From Lobosporangium transversale (lineage: Eukaryota), in contig NW_019029014.1 in the NCBI RefSeq assembly GCF_002105155.1, positions 248,001-312,000 on the forward strand: DNA of 64,000 nt, in the 5' to 3' direction. Of the stretch, positions 35,401 to 43,657 are shown in pieces; the stretch's first letter is position 1; the number at the start of each line of letters is the position of its first letter. The notes beneath the pieces are model-generated. The model was given only the letters and a program-made list of their open reading frames with translations. It did not search any database and was not told the DNA's origin. Made by a program: the position numbers and the translations under genes.

Positions 35401-36173
35401 TCCGACGAGACTCCATCAACCGAACTGTGATCAACATACACAAGCTTGCCCACCAACAAGCTATCTGTAAAGATCATGTCAATTCGGCTGACACCTTGGC
35501 ATGTAAAGTCTTGTGTTGTTGGGTGTAACGCCCTGTAGGTGTCGTAGAATTGCTCTGTTTGTAGCCATTTTAGGATATCGGTTTCTGGATTGGTGCTGGT
35601 CCTTGTGCAGTTTTTTCTGTCAATCCTGGGATTGCATACCCCATTGAAGTCTCCCATAATAATTACCTCCCTGCGTTCTGCTCTTGCACTAATACATTCT
35701 CCTTTGAGCCACTCGCTTAATTCTCTGCGCTGCTTTTCCTTTTCACGATTCGTTCTATCTTCACTGGGTACATAACAATTAATCACCCGAAGCTTTAATT
35801 GTCCTTTGAAATTAAAATCTCTAGACTGCCCTCTGCTTCCACATGAGGATATTCTCCCAGCATGTACCCATAGCCACTTGTGGATAATGAGGCCGACTCC
35901 CGTACCTCGCGTTTTCCCTTCCTCACCTGTTAACCACCAAAATTTATAACTTTCTTGTTTTATATAGTCTGCTGCTATTTTCGCACCATGATTCATATTT
36001 GTCTCTTGTAACGCAATAACATCATACTCTTCTGACTCTCCCCAATGACAAAGTGTTTCCAATTTTCCAGCTGTTAAAATTCCCTGTGTATTGAAGGTTC
36101 CTAACTTCAATCTATCATTCTTTCCATCTCTATTTACTGTCCTACATGTTACTATGTTAGGCGTATTACTCAT
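32490..36173 (-). CDS. LINE ORF2 N-terminal part: APE endonuclease plus reverse transcriptase
   Basis: GTFNTQG, ALQET, MGDFNG, SRIDMI, SDHKMV (APE); KAPGVSG, RPIALL, QDMKRCFDSV, GLDQGGVECPLLW, AFVDD, ILGV (RT). Confidence 0.95.
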   Translation of the reverse strand: MSNTPNIVTCRTVNRDGKNDRLKLGTFNTQGILTAGKLETLCHWGESEEYDVIALQETNMNHGAKIAADYIKQESYKFWWLTGEEGKTRGTGVGLIIHKWLWVHAGRISSCGSRGQSRDFNFKGQLKLRVINCYVPSEDRTNREKEKQRRELSEWLKGECISARAERREVIIMGDFNGVCNPRIDRKNCTRTSTNPETDILKWLQTEQFYDTYRALHPTTQDFTCQGVSRIDMIFTDSLLVGKLVYVDHSSVDGVSSDHKMVTANITTQALIHKADPLKYKKPKGFRFQFRDINKTQWDDFENALNMALDDQEKMRNLGLKYENQNEGRITPEELEKVKVEQAWRWYSKTVLRCAKATLPGKTVGRSGVKPQAELSILHLVRDLSKIKQATVAIRRRRRTDLEDSAREYLEAERIKFNNHAKWMREETERGMEDLGEVPGWNADEEEWETWSKGIKKRWVQAISEMQTERRLEKASKMTEWIEQRCGQLLTATGRMIDKLLGRGHGRVILDRIQVQEDGDTFNILEPEGIKRHVREWFQKWHGPRPAKPLEQGTRWERQYAPHERIKEEWYDGLMSPPSWEEFMVVIQETPKNKAPGVSGTTNDLFQHQGQVGHNILFQIVGATIVQETIPKDWKTGLLYCIPKAAEWSGSMAEVRPIALLEHARKIMFTVLTNRLSEMMRRHNILRGPNFSVLKGTTTKDPIHILQAAMEDAREFRKEQWIVFQDMKRCFDSVNCASDGMLSRGLRRLRVPEAFIRLCENIAVTKVNRVITEYGLTKEYRPECGLDQGGVECPLLWRIAYDPLLCEVMDHMKGYRIEGPPDTPQLACLAFVDDTTWISDSKQHVQDILDVATSFFVLNGVEINAKKTQVLTLNSKLNNNNNLHFGTPAEEIRPLGKDDPVRILGVWVTARGSVKTTENIVEREVTSMCSILSSKAVTDKQTAYLINNVLIPKVLYRISAQILPPSFVRRMTGKYMKLCKSKARMPSTTPNSIMHHPRFYAIKNLEDAQTEEQISTLFLRLNDNGLMGRICRARLIALQKRLRTSKLPTAEPHKIKAYKHNFASSVCKLMADRQVKFDLQLANDFGLPGNALNIADMLHGIVDDQPVRKLAARGIYYAEQTLDEDSSLKSWNEVRTKRRDPKASPAWFHNVQNALHESLYTHNFIEVWCRDKKNILQRLDEEEERDLRELQQLNEAENNERADELLTEDNMLEGQPTEVMRMMKLDI

Positions 36174-37962
36174 TTAAGGAAGGTTTTGAGGATTGTCCAA
36201 TTATCACTACAGGCTTTGATGGCAATGGTACTGTTTTTTCAGCAGCCCTGGGTGGGCCCATTAGCGCCATAATAGCGGCCAAAGTCTCGTTCGTGTCTGG
36301 GATAGCTAGTCCACTGGAGTTCTGGCCTTTCTTTGACTTCATCGCGCTGCGACTTGTGTCTGCGCTCAGACCGACTGCCATTAGCTGTTCCTTAGGGACA
36401 GTGATGCCCATATTCTTTGAGAGCATTTGAATCACTATAGACATCAACATCTGATTGGTCTGCGCAAGCTGTAATTGCTCCTGTTGCATTCTAACGATAG
36501 TCTCTTGAAGCTGTCCAATTTTCTTTTCCAATACATTTTGCATAGCTTTATTTTGTCCATTATGCTGCTGTCCAGGCTGTTGTTGCTTATTTTGTTGTGG
36601 TCCGCTGTTTTGTCCATTCTGCAGTCCATTTTGCGGTCCATTTTGCGGTCCATTTTGCAATTCGCTTTGTCTCTGTGTCTGTTCTCCATTTTGGCTGCTA
36701 CTTCCAATGATCTGTGCAAATGTACGGTTAGCCGTGACCTTAAGCGCTCCACCTCTTTGGTACTCTTTCACTGCCTGGATGTGGGCCTTAGTCTTCATTC
36801 TTTCAATGTAAATTGTGCACACCCTTTGAATATGGCCTAGTTCACCGCACTCTCTACATCTTTTGTCTTCTTTATCTCCCCACATAGTTTCTTTCCCACC
36901 TACTTTAATGGGAATCTCCATGCAGCTAACCATGTCTGCTTCTGATGAGAAATAAACGAATGCTTCACGTAAAGTCTTTGTGTATTTACCCTCTTTCGAG
37001 AAAATCCTTGGGATAATTAAAAACTCAGCCTTATTTTCGCCCAGGATCTCTTTCAAGTCCAAAGGCGTTGTTCCCATAGGGAGTTGAGACAGCTTTGCGA
37101 CATAACGCAGTTCCCACACTACTTTCTCCTTTCCAATTGTACTTAAACGAGCAAGATCTCTACCAACGAAAACCCACTTTTTCTTTTCCGCTTGGATTTT
37201 CTTTACACTCTCCTCTTGTCTAAAGAGAACTCTTGCCACAATTTTGATACCATTTTTGCATGGACGAGTTACAATTTTTTCCACTTCGCCAAACTGAGCC
37301 ATCGCTGATTTGATCCTGAAATCATCAGTCTTGGGATGAAGACCGTAAATTTCAACTGATCTATCCTGTTCTGTGATGCGTTGGTCCTGATCGACTCTGG
37401 TGAAGATAGGCTGCTCCGAAGATGTTCCGTTTTCTTCGTCTTCTTTATGGTGAGTGAGTTCCAGCAGGTTCTCTAGGTCACCCAGCGTTTCAACGGCGAC
37501 GCGAAAAACTTTTTGTCCGTCCTTATTCTTGATACGGGTTGGTCCCTCCGTGCAGTGGATGCCTTGGTGAATGAGGATCTGCTGGAGTTCATCTCTTTTC
37601 ATAGCGTAGGTGTCGCCATAGATCAGATCCACAGGAGCCGTGGCCACGAAAAACCTTTCCTTAGTTCTCTGAACTTCGATCCACTCTGTTTCGTCATCCA
37701 TTTCTTCGTCGTCTTCGTCAATTGCTGTCTCGGTAGCAGCGCGCTCTTGATCAACTTGCATTTGTTTTAGTCCCTTTTTGGGATTATAAGAACAGCGTTG
37801 AGTGGAATTCATTGCAATTGGGGTGGTGGCCCCAATACTTTGGCTTGGTTTTTGCGCGTCTTGGCCGTCAAGGGGAAGTTTTTGTTTTTTGAAATTGTTC
37901 ATTCTGCTTGTTTCTCCATCATCTTGTCGATGATGGAGTTGAATTTTTTCAGCCCCAGACAT
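36166..37962 (-). CDS. LINE ORF1 (two RRM-like domains, CCHC zinc knuckle, Q/N-rich linker, coiled coil)
   Basis: CRECGELGHIQRVC knuckle; SVEIYGLH...FGEVEKI and AKLSQLP...AFVYFSS RRM-like patterns; QNGP repeats; overlaps the ORF2 start by 8 nt. Confidence 0.88.
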   Translation of the reverse strand: MSGAEKIQLHHRQDDGETSRMNNFKKQKLPLDGQDAQKPSQSIGATTPIAMNSTQRCSYNPKKGLKQMQVDQERAATETAIDEDDEEMDDETEWIEVQRTKERFFVATAPVDLIYGDTYAMKRDELQQILIHQGIHCTEGPTRIKNKDGQKVFRVAVETLGDLENLLELTHHKEDEENGTSSEQPIFTRVDQDQRITEQDRSVEIYGLHPKTDDFRIKSAMAQFGEVEKIVTRPCKNGIKIVARVLFRQEESVKKIQAEKKKWVFVGRDLARLSTIGKEKVVWELRYVAKLSQLPMGTTPLDLKEILGENKAEFLIIPRIFSKEGKYTKTLREAFVYFSSEADMVSCMEIPIKVGGKETMWGDKEDKRCRECGELGHIQRVCTIYIERMKTKAHIQAVKEYQRGGALKVTANRTFAQIIGSSSQNGEQTQRQSELQNGPQNGPQNGLQNGQNSGPQQNKQQQPGQQHNGQNKAMQNVLEKKIGQLQETIVRMQQEQLQLAQTNQMLMSIVIQMLSKNMGITVPKEQLMAVGLSADTSRSAMKSKKGQNSSGLAIPDTNETLAAIMALMGPPRAAEKTVPLPSKPVVIIGQSSKPSLNE

Positions 37963-38299
37963 CTTGGGTTGATAAATACTTTTGCACTCTTGTGCGCTAA
38001 CGTAGGGTGTGTAAGGGGTGTTAAGAGAGGGGCAGTGTTAATGTAGCGTCCGACTTGATGGATCGGAGAAGAGTTTTATAAATGGTCCTATGACAGTCGG
38101 GTCGAATATGGATCAGTCAATTAAGAGAAGTTAAATCGGACTATATATTAGATATTATATGAGCCTCTTCTGTCGTAAATGACGCCTATTCATTTACCTA
38201 AATATGTATTTCCTTTCAATTTATTTATTTCCTATCATCCTATTTTCTACCATTTTTAAATAGTATTTAAGTAGCTTTTTCCTTCACTGCAAAAACGGC

Positions 38300-38423
38300 A
38301 TCTCTCTTCTTATTATCGATGCCCTTTTGCAGGTGAGTTTATCTTCATTATTCTCATTATGAATTCTCAGAAAATTAGCAGTTATTAAAGATCTCTCTTC
38401 TTATTATCGATGCCCTTTTGCAG
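38300..38423. repeat. 33-bp exact direct repeat in the LINE 5' UTR
   Basis: ATCTCTCTTCTTATTATCGATGCCCTTTTGCAG at 38300-38332 and 38391-38423. Confidence 0.92.
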
Positions 38424-38589
38424 CATCCTCAAAATCATTCAAAGCATTACTTAGGATCACTATCGTATCCCAAAACCACGAGGCTCTTGCCCAATCCTTC
38501 ATTTTTCATCATTACCTACTAGTTTCCAGAGATCACTAGTAGATGCTCTACGACACTTCCACGAAATCGAGGAATCTGATTCGTTAACA

Positions 38590-38662
38590 GCCTCAATGGC
38601 ACAGTGGTTAGCGCACTTGTCTTGTAAACAAGAGGTCCCTGGTTCAAATCCGGGTTGAGGCA
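38590..38662 (+). tRNA. tRNA-Thr (anticodon UGU), intronless
   Basis: Acceptor stem GCCTCAA/TTGAGGC; A-box TGGCACAGTGG; anticodon arm CTTGT-CTTGTAA-ACAAG; T arm CCTGG-TTCAAAT-CCGGG; T4 run at 38668-38671. Confidence 0.93.
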
Positions 38663-39105
38663 AAATCTTTTGATGTTCTTTTAGATGCCTTTTGTGGTTA
38701 GGATGAAGTTATTTGCAGTCTTTGTTTCATCCACAAGCGGCGACGTGTATCCTACAGACTACATGATTCTAGCTTTTTATTTAATTTAAGGAAATATGCG
38801 AAGGTGAGTCTAGAGTAGAGGGGAGTCTGGAATTATTACTGTTAGAAGTTGCAGCGCCGTGGGAGCTGCGATACTCATCGTGCTCTGTTGCATATTTCAC
38901 AATATGCATTATTATGATGGCCTAGCTAGAGTAAAAACACTAATGCGCTAAAACGATTAGCAGTAGAAATTAGTGGCAATAACGTGCCACACACAGACGC
39001 GATAAATCTTTGATATGAAGTTTTTAGAACGAACCGATGTCATCCTACAGATATATACGTAGTTACCTGGTGCAAGTCCCTCTACCAGAAAATGAATAAA
39101 TACTC

Positions 39106-39545
39106 GGATTAATCTATTTGACAGCCCATACCAAATATAGTAATTTTTGCCATTATTTGGCAGCCTATTTTTTGGGGCTGCCACCTAACTTCATACACTT
39201 AGATGGTAGCTGGGCTGCCAAATAATGTTTTGCAAAACTAATTTGAATAAGCTGCGCTTCGATCCCTGGTAGCGGCTTCGGATGGAGTGACGACAATTGG
39301 ACTTGAAATGAGTGACTTTGCTTACAGCTCCAAGGTATCAACATGTCCATAAAGAAACACTCCGTTATATATTTTTTTATTTATTTCCACGGGAGGAGCA
39401 GTGTGTACGGGATCGTGCAAATACTTTTTTTATGAGGGTGCTATTTGGCAGCTGGGCTGCCAAAGAGAGTTTTCAAACTGATCATATTTGGTAATGGGCG
39501 CTGCTAAATAATATTTGGCAGCTAGGTTGCCAAATAGATTAATCC
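39106..39545. mobile_element. Mutator (MULE)-type MITE, 440 bp
   Basis: Perfect 15-bp TIR GGATTAATCTATTTG (39106-39120 / 39531-39545); exact 9-bp TSD TAAATACTC (39097-39105, 39546-39554); internal TTTGGCAGC/GCTGCCAAA repeats. Confidence 0.88.
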
Positions 39546-39640
39546 TAAATACTCTATGGATGTGATGTGTGGGCCCATATCTTATTCTCACTTACTTTTC
39601 TACTACTTACTATCTATCTACAAAATATTTTTCCGCTCTA

Positions 39641-39913
39641 CAGTCACCCGAAAGAAAGTTTGGTCAAAGTGGGTTATTTACTATTTTTATTTTGAATCTC
39701 TGACAAACAGCTCATTTGCGACATACAAAAATACTTCACCAACCAAGATGGAAATTTACGCTTTTATTAACGAGACCAATGTAGATAATCACTGAAGTTT
39801 TTGGGCAGTACATCCTGAGGGAAAACGGCAAGAAATAGGATTGAGGACAGTGCTTCACTTCATAACCAGTTCAAAATTTTATTTTTTTGACCAAACTTTC
39901 TTTAAGGTGATTG
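39641..39913. mobile_element. Tc1/mariner-type MITE, 273 bp
   Basis: 28-bp TIRs CAGTCACCCGAAAGAAAGTTTGGTCAAA (25/28 match between ends), flanked by TA on both sides. Confidence 0.88.
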
Positions 39914-40810
39914 TACAATATAAAGCTAGTCCCTAGACGCAGTGAGCATCTACATGTGCTGCTGAGTATGTGGCACTGCCTGCTAAAGACGACCCAAGGC
40001 AGGTTCTGGCTATTATTGGTGAAAAATCAGCCCTGATTGAACATGATAACAAACTTGGAATGTAATGAGGCAAAAATAGGGATCTTTATCAACGTAACAG
40101 AAAAGAGTATTTATGCCTCTTTACTATCACTAAAAGTCACGGTTATGCTATTAAAGGTAATTGTGGCACGGTCGGCTTTGAGTACGAACTGTCACCAGCT
40201 ATCAAAATATAAATAATCTCTCGAGATACAAACGGGCAAGAGGATAGACATTCCACAATATAATCTGAGGTCTGCCCATTGTATTTTGTAATTTGGTGAA
40301 TTTGATAAACAAAATTTAGTACCGAGGGTACTTGAGCTCTTAATAAGGAAGACAGAGATAAAGACATAGAAGAAAGAGAAAAGAAAGAGAGTAGTAACAC
40401 GACACGTTATGTATCGTAGCAATGAGTATGATCGTTTATATATCTACCGAAACAAACCACACATTAGAGGTCCCTAATTACTGAGCTCATCGTTATGTGC
40501 TTAATAGCGTACGGGGACACTAGAGATGTATGCACGCGCTAAATGAAAGAAAGCATCAGGGAACCATCCACAACCTATAACAATACAACCAACAAAAGTG
40601 CAAAGTAAAGCGGCATAGTATATCTCAATTATAGATAAATCATTTGTAATTCTTTATTTAGTCCCAGAATCGCATAAAGAATATCAACATCTATTCTGGG
40701 CTACGTACGACCTAGATAAGATAAGTATTCTGGTCAATATTAGATGCTTGGGTATCGAGCTTGTGTCGTGGAAGGCTTCCTGGTAGTGGTATTTACGACT
40801 GAAATAAAGA

Positions 40811-40922
40811 CCCCGTACAAATAAAAAAAGCCCCCCGTGCAAATAATTTTTTTTTATTTGTACGGGGGAGCACGGGGCCGTGCAAATAAGAGGTGTACGG
40901 GCCCGTGCAAATATCATTTTCC
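40811..40922. repeat. Cluster of CCGT(A/G)CAAATA motifs including a 19-bp inverted repeat; possible transposon end remnant
   Basis: CCCCGTACAAATAAAAAAA (40811-40829) pairs with 40849-40867; further CCGTGCAAATA copies follow. Confidence 0.65.
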
Positions 40923-41799
40923 ATAATCCTACTAGGCCGTTTGAATTACAAACCTTCCATTATAGATTGTCATCTTTTTTAAAAGAAGCTTGTTGGGACT
41001 GATCCAAACTTAACATGATAGGAAAAGTGGTTTAATCAATCTTGCTTCTGAGAAAAGAAAATTGCCGAGGGCCATGCGCAATTTCATTCCCCTTCCTCTT
41101 CAAATAAAACCCTGGTTATTATTTTCGGTTTCATTTCAAGTGATGCTGGTCAACCTGTTGTCCCTGACATAAAGTGTAGATGAAGTCTCATATTTCTCTA
41201 GCAAAGGAGCCAAAAAGCTACATAATATAGCATATCAGAACAGAGGAGGAATAAGCAAGGTTTTCTGATCGGAAGACTCCGATTGAAAAGGAGATGTCTA
41301 TAGTCCTTTTTTCCTTCCTTTCTCCTTCCTCCTTTCAGTTCTCCTTCCATTCCTTCCTCCCCTCTCCTTTTCCTCCCTTTCTTCCTTGTTTTTCTTTTCT
41401 TTTGTTAAGACGCGTCCTGGCTTCGAACTGTAGCCAAGCCTAAAATAATAAAGGCGGTGTACAGGATATGAATCAGATGACGATGTCATGAATTTACTTT
41501 GTTTTGTCATCGTATGTGCAGTGGGCTTTGATTTTTCTTACAAGTACATCCAAAGATGTATGCAAAAAAAGATAGCATTAAGTCTTTCCGGACGGCTGTG
41601 CCTGTCTCTTTCTCTGCCCTGCCCTGTCTACCAAGCTCTGGAAATATCTTGATGAAATAGTTGCATGAAATGCTAGATCCTTTCGTTCTTGTGATGCCCA
41701 GTTGTTCACTTCAGAGGGTAAAGAAGTTTTGTTCCTGACTGAAAGCGTCAAATGGCCGTGCTAGCGCGATGGCTTCCATCCATCGTGTTATTATTTTTA

Positions 41800-41830
<31 letters not shown>

Positions 41831-42225
41831 CAGCACAATCAGTGGGCGTAATACCAATATGTATTGTTTTAGGAATCAATGTGGCTGCGAACAAGAGACG
41901 CCTTTTTACTTATCGATCATCCTAAATCTAAATCGTCAGCATGGCATGTAATTTTTACACGACATGAACCTGCTGTTTCTGAATGCTTTTTCCCGGTAAC
42001 TGGAACTTCTTTTTTCGAGCCCAGGAGACATCTTCCCTTTATAAATACTCCTCAAATTCCACACGCTCCTTTATTTATTTGGACCTTTTTCATCCTCCCA
42101 TTCTTCCATCCTTCCATTCTTCTTCTCCTACTACCTACTAATATTGACACTACTAGTTTATCAACAAGGATTACTACTATACTTCCCTATTCTCTCTCAC
42201 ACTTCTTCCTCACCAATATTTTATC

Positions 42226-43511
42226 ATGAAGTCATCTTCACTTTCACTCTTGCTGTTCGCACTCGCAATCGTCCATGCACAGACATCATCCCCATATCCA
42301 CCACCAGACCAAGTCCCTCCAATTGATTCACCCCAAGTCCAAGCATGGCTTAAGGTACAACACGCACATGTTTTACTTATTATCGTATTATCGGATGCGT
42401 TCATATAGAAAAAAAGTGCTGTTTTGAATGCATATTCATTTGCTCCTCATTCACAATTGGGAAATGAATAGGAAATTGACTTGACTGGCGCTCCAGATAT
42501 TCCCTTGCGCCCGGGCAATCCTCCAGGGTGTGTTAGTAACCCAGTTCCTGATGAGTATGTAGAAACGCGTTTTTCTTTTCTTCTTGGCATGCCATAAACC
42601 TTATTAGAAAATATTGGCGTCGCGCCTCATGTTTTTTTTTTTTATTTTTTTATTTTTTTTTTTTATTTAGATGCAACTGGACATGTCAGAAGTGCCCTGC
42701 TGATGATCTTATCGATTGCAGTGTACCCAACACATGGGGAATAACTTTTGATGATGGCCCCTCAACTGTCACACCCTCATTGTTAGACTATCTGAAAGCC
42801 AGCAACGTCCCTGCAACTTTCTTCTTGATGGGAAGCAATGCAGCTAAGTATCCCGAGACTCTCAAGCGTCAAGTGGCCGATGGTCACCATCTGGCCTCGC
42901 ACACTTGGTCACACCATGCTCTGACATCTTTGAGTAACGAGCAGATTGTGGCCGAGATGAAATGGACAGAGAAGGTCGTGCTTGATCATACGGGTATGCG
43001 AATGAAATTTATGCGTCCTCCTTATGGTGAAATCAATAATCGTGTCAGATTTGTCCTCAAGAAGCTCGGTTATGTCGTCGTGGACTGGACTGGAGATGAG
43101 TTTGATTCTAATGATTGGAAGATGCCCCAAGTCAGCGAAGATCAGCTTGTTAGCTCTTTCTCAACATCTTTAACTACTTATGTATCCGGTAGCAAAACTA
43201 GGGGGTTCATCAGCCTTGAGCATGATTTGATACCTCAGTCTGTGGAACTGGCAAAAAAGATTATCCCTTTGGGCCACACACATAAAATCACATTTGCGTC
43301 CGTCGCTGGCTGTCATAATGTTGCTCCTTATCAGAACAGTAACGCTACTGTCGCCCCAACTCCTGCAAAAGCGGCACCGCCGGCAGCCACTACATTAGCG
43401 CCTCCCACTGAGGTAGCTAAGAAATCTCCAAAAAGCTCGGCGTCGCGTCTTGGACGCTTCGGGTTTGGCTCAATCGCCACAGTCATGATTGTTGGCCTAC
43501 TTTTGGCGTAA
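42226..43511 (+). CDS. Chitin deacetylase (CE4/NodB), secreted, probably GPI-anchored
   Basis: Exons 42226-42354, 42472-42554, 42671-43511; signal peptide; TFDDGP, HTWSH, RPPYG, LEHD motifs; P/T/A-rich stalk and hydrophobic tail. Confidence 0.92.
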
Positions 43512-43657
43512 AAAAAGGAGGGGCGTTTCTACCTGTTTACACTAAATAATTACATACATCTAATAATAAAATTTTATACACACCACGCGAGTCGAAGCAC
43601 GCCTGAATGAATGTTTCTATGTTTATTAAGCAAAGTCAAATCGACCGTAAAGGTCTT

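Larger units (their letters stand above)
29934..38575 (-). mobile_element. Near full-length non-LTR retrotransposon (LINE): ORF1 plus APE-RT-RNase H ORF2, poly(A) tail
   Basis: Poly(T) 29934-29963; ORF1 37962-36166; ORF2 fragments 36173-30208; 5' boundary inferred from the CTGATTC repeat at 38576-38582. Confidence 0.88.

Noticed and set aside
38099..38109. Possible internal B-box (GGGTCGAATAT) in the LINE 5' UTR
   Set aside because: Poor match to the GGTTCGANTCC consensus and no convincing A-box
39106..39545. Spaced palindromic repeats superficially like a CRISPR array
   Set aside because: Irregular spacing and orientation, no cas genes, eukaryotic context; explained by the MITE with TIRs and TSD
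40061..40640. Possible solo LTR starting TGTAATG
   Set aside because: No CA end with a matching TSD was found
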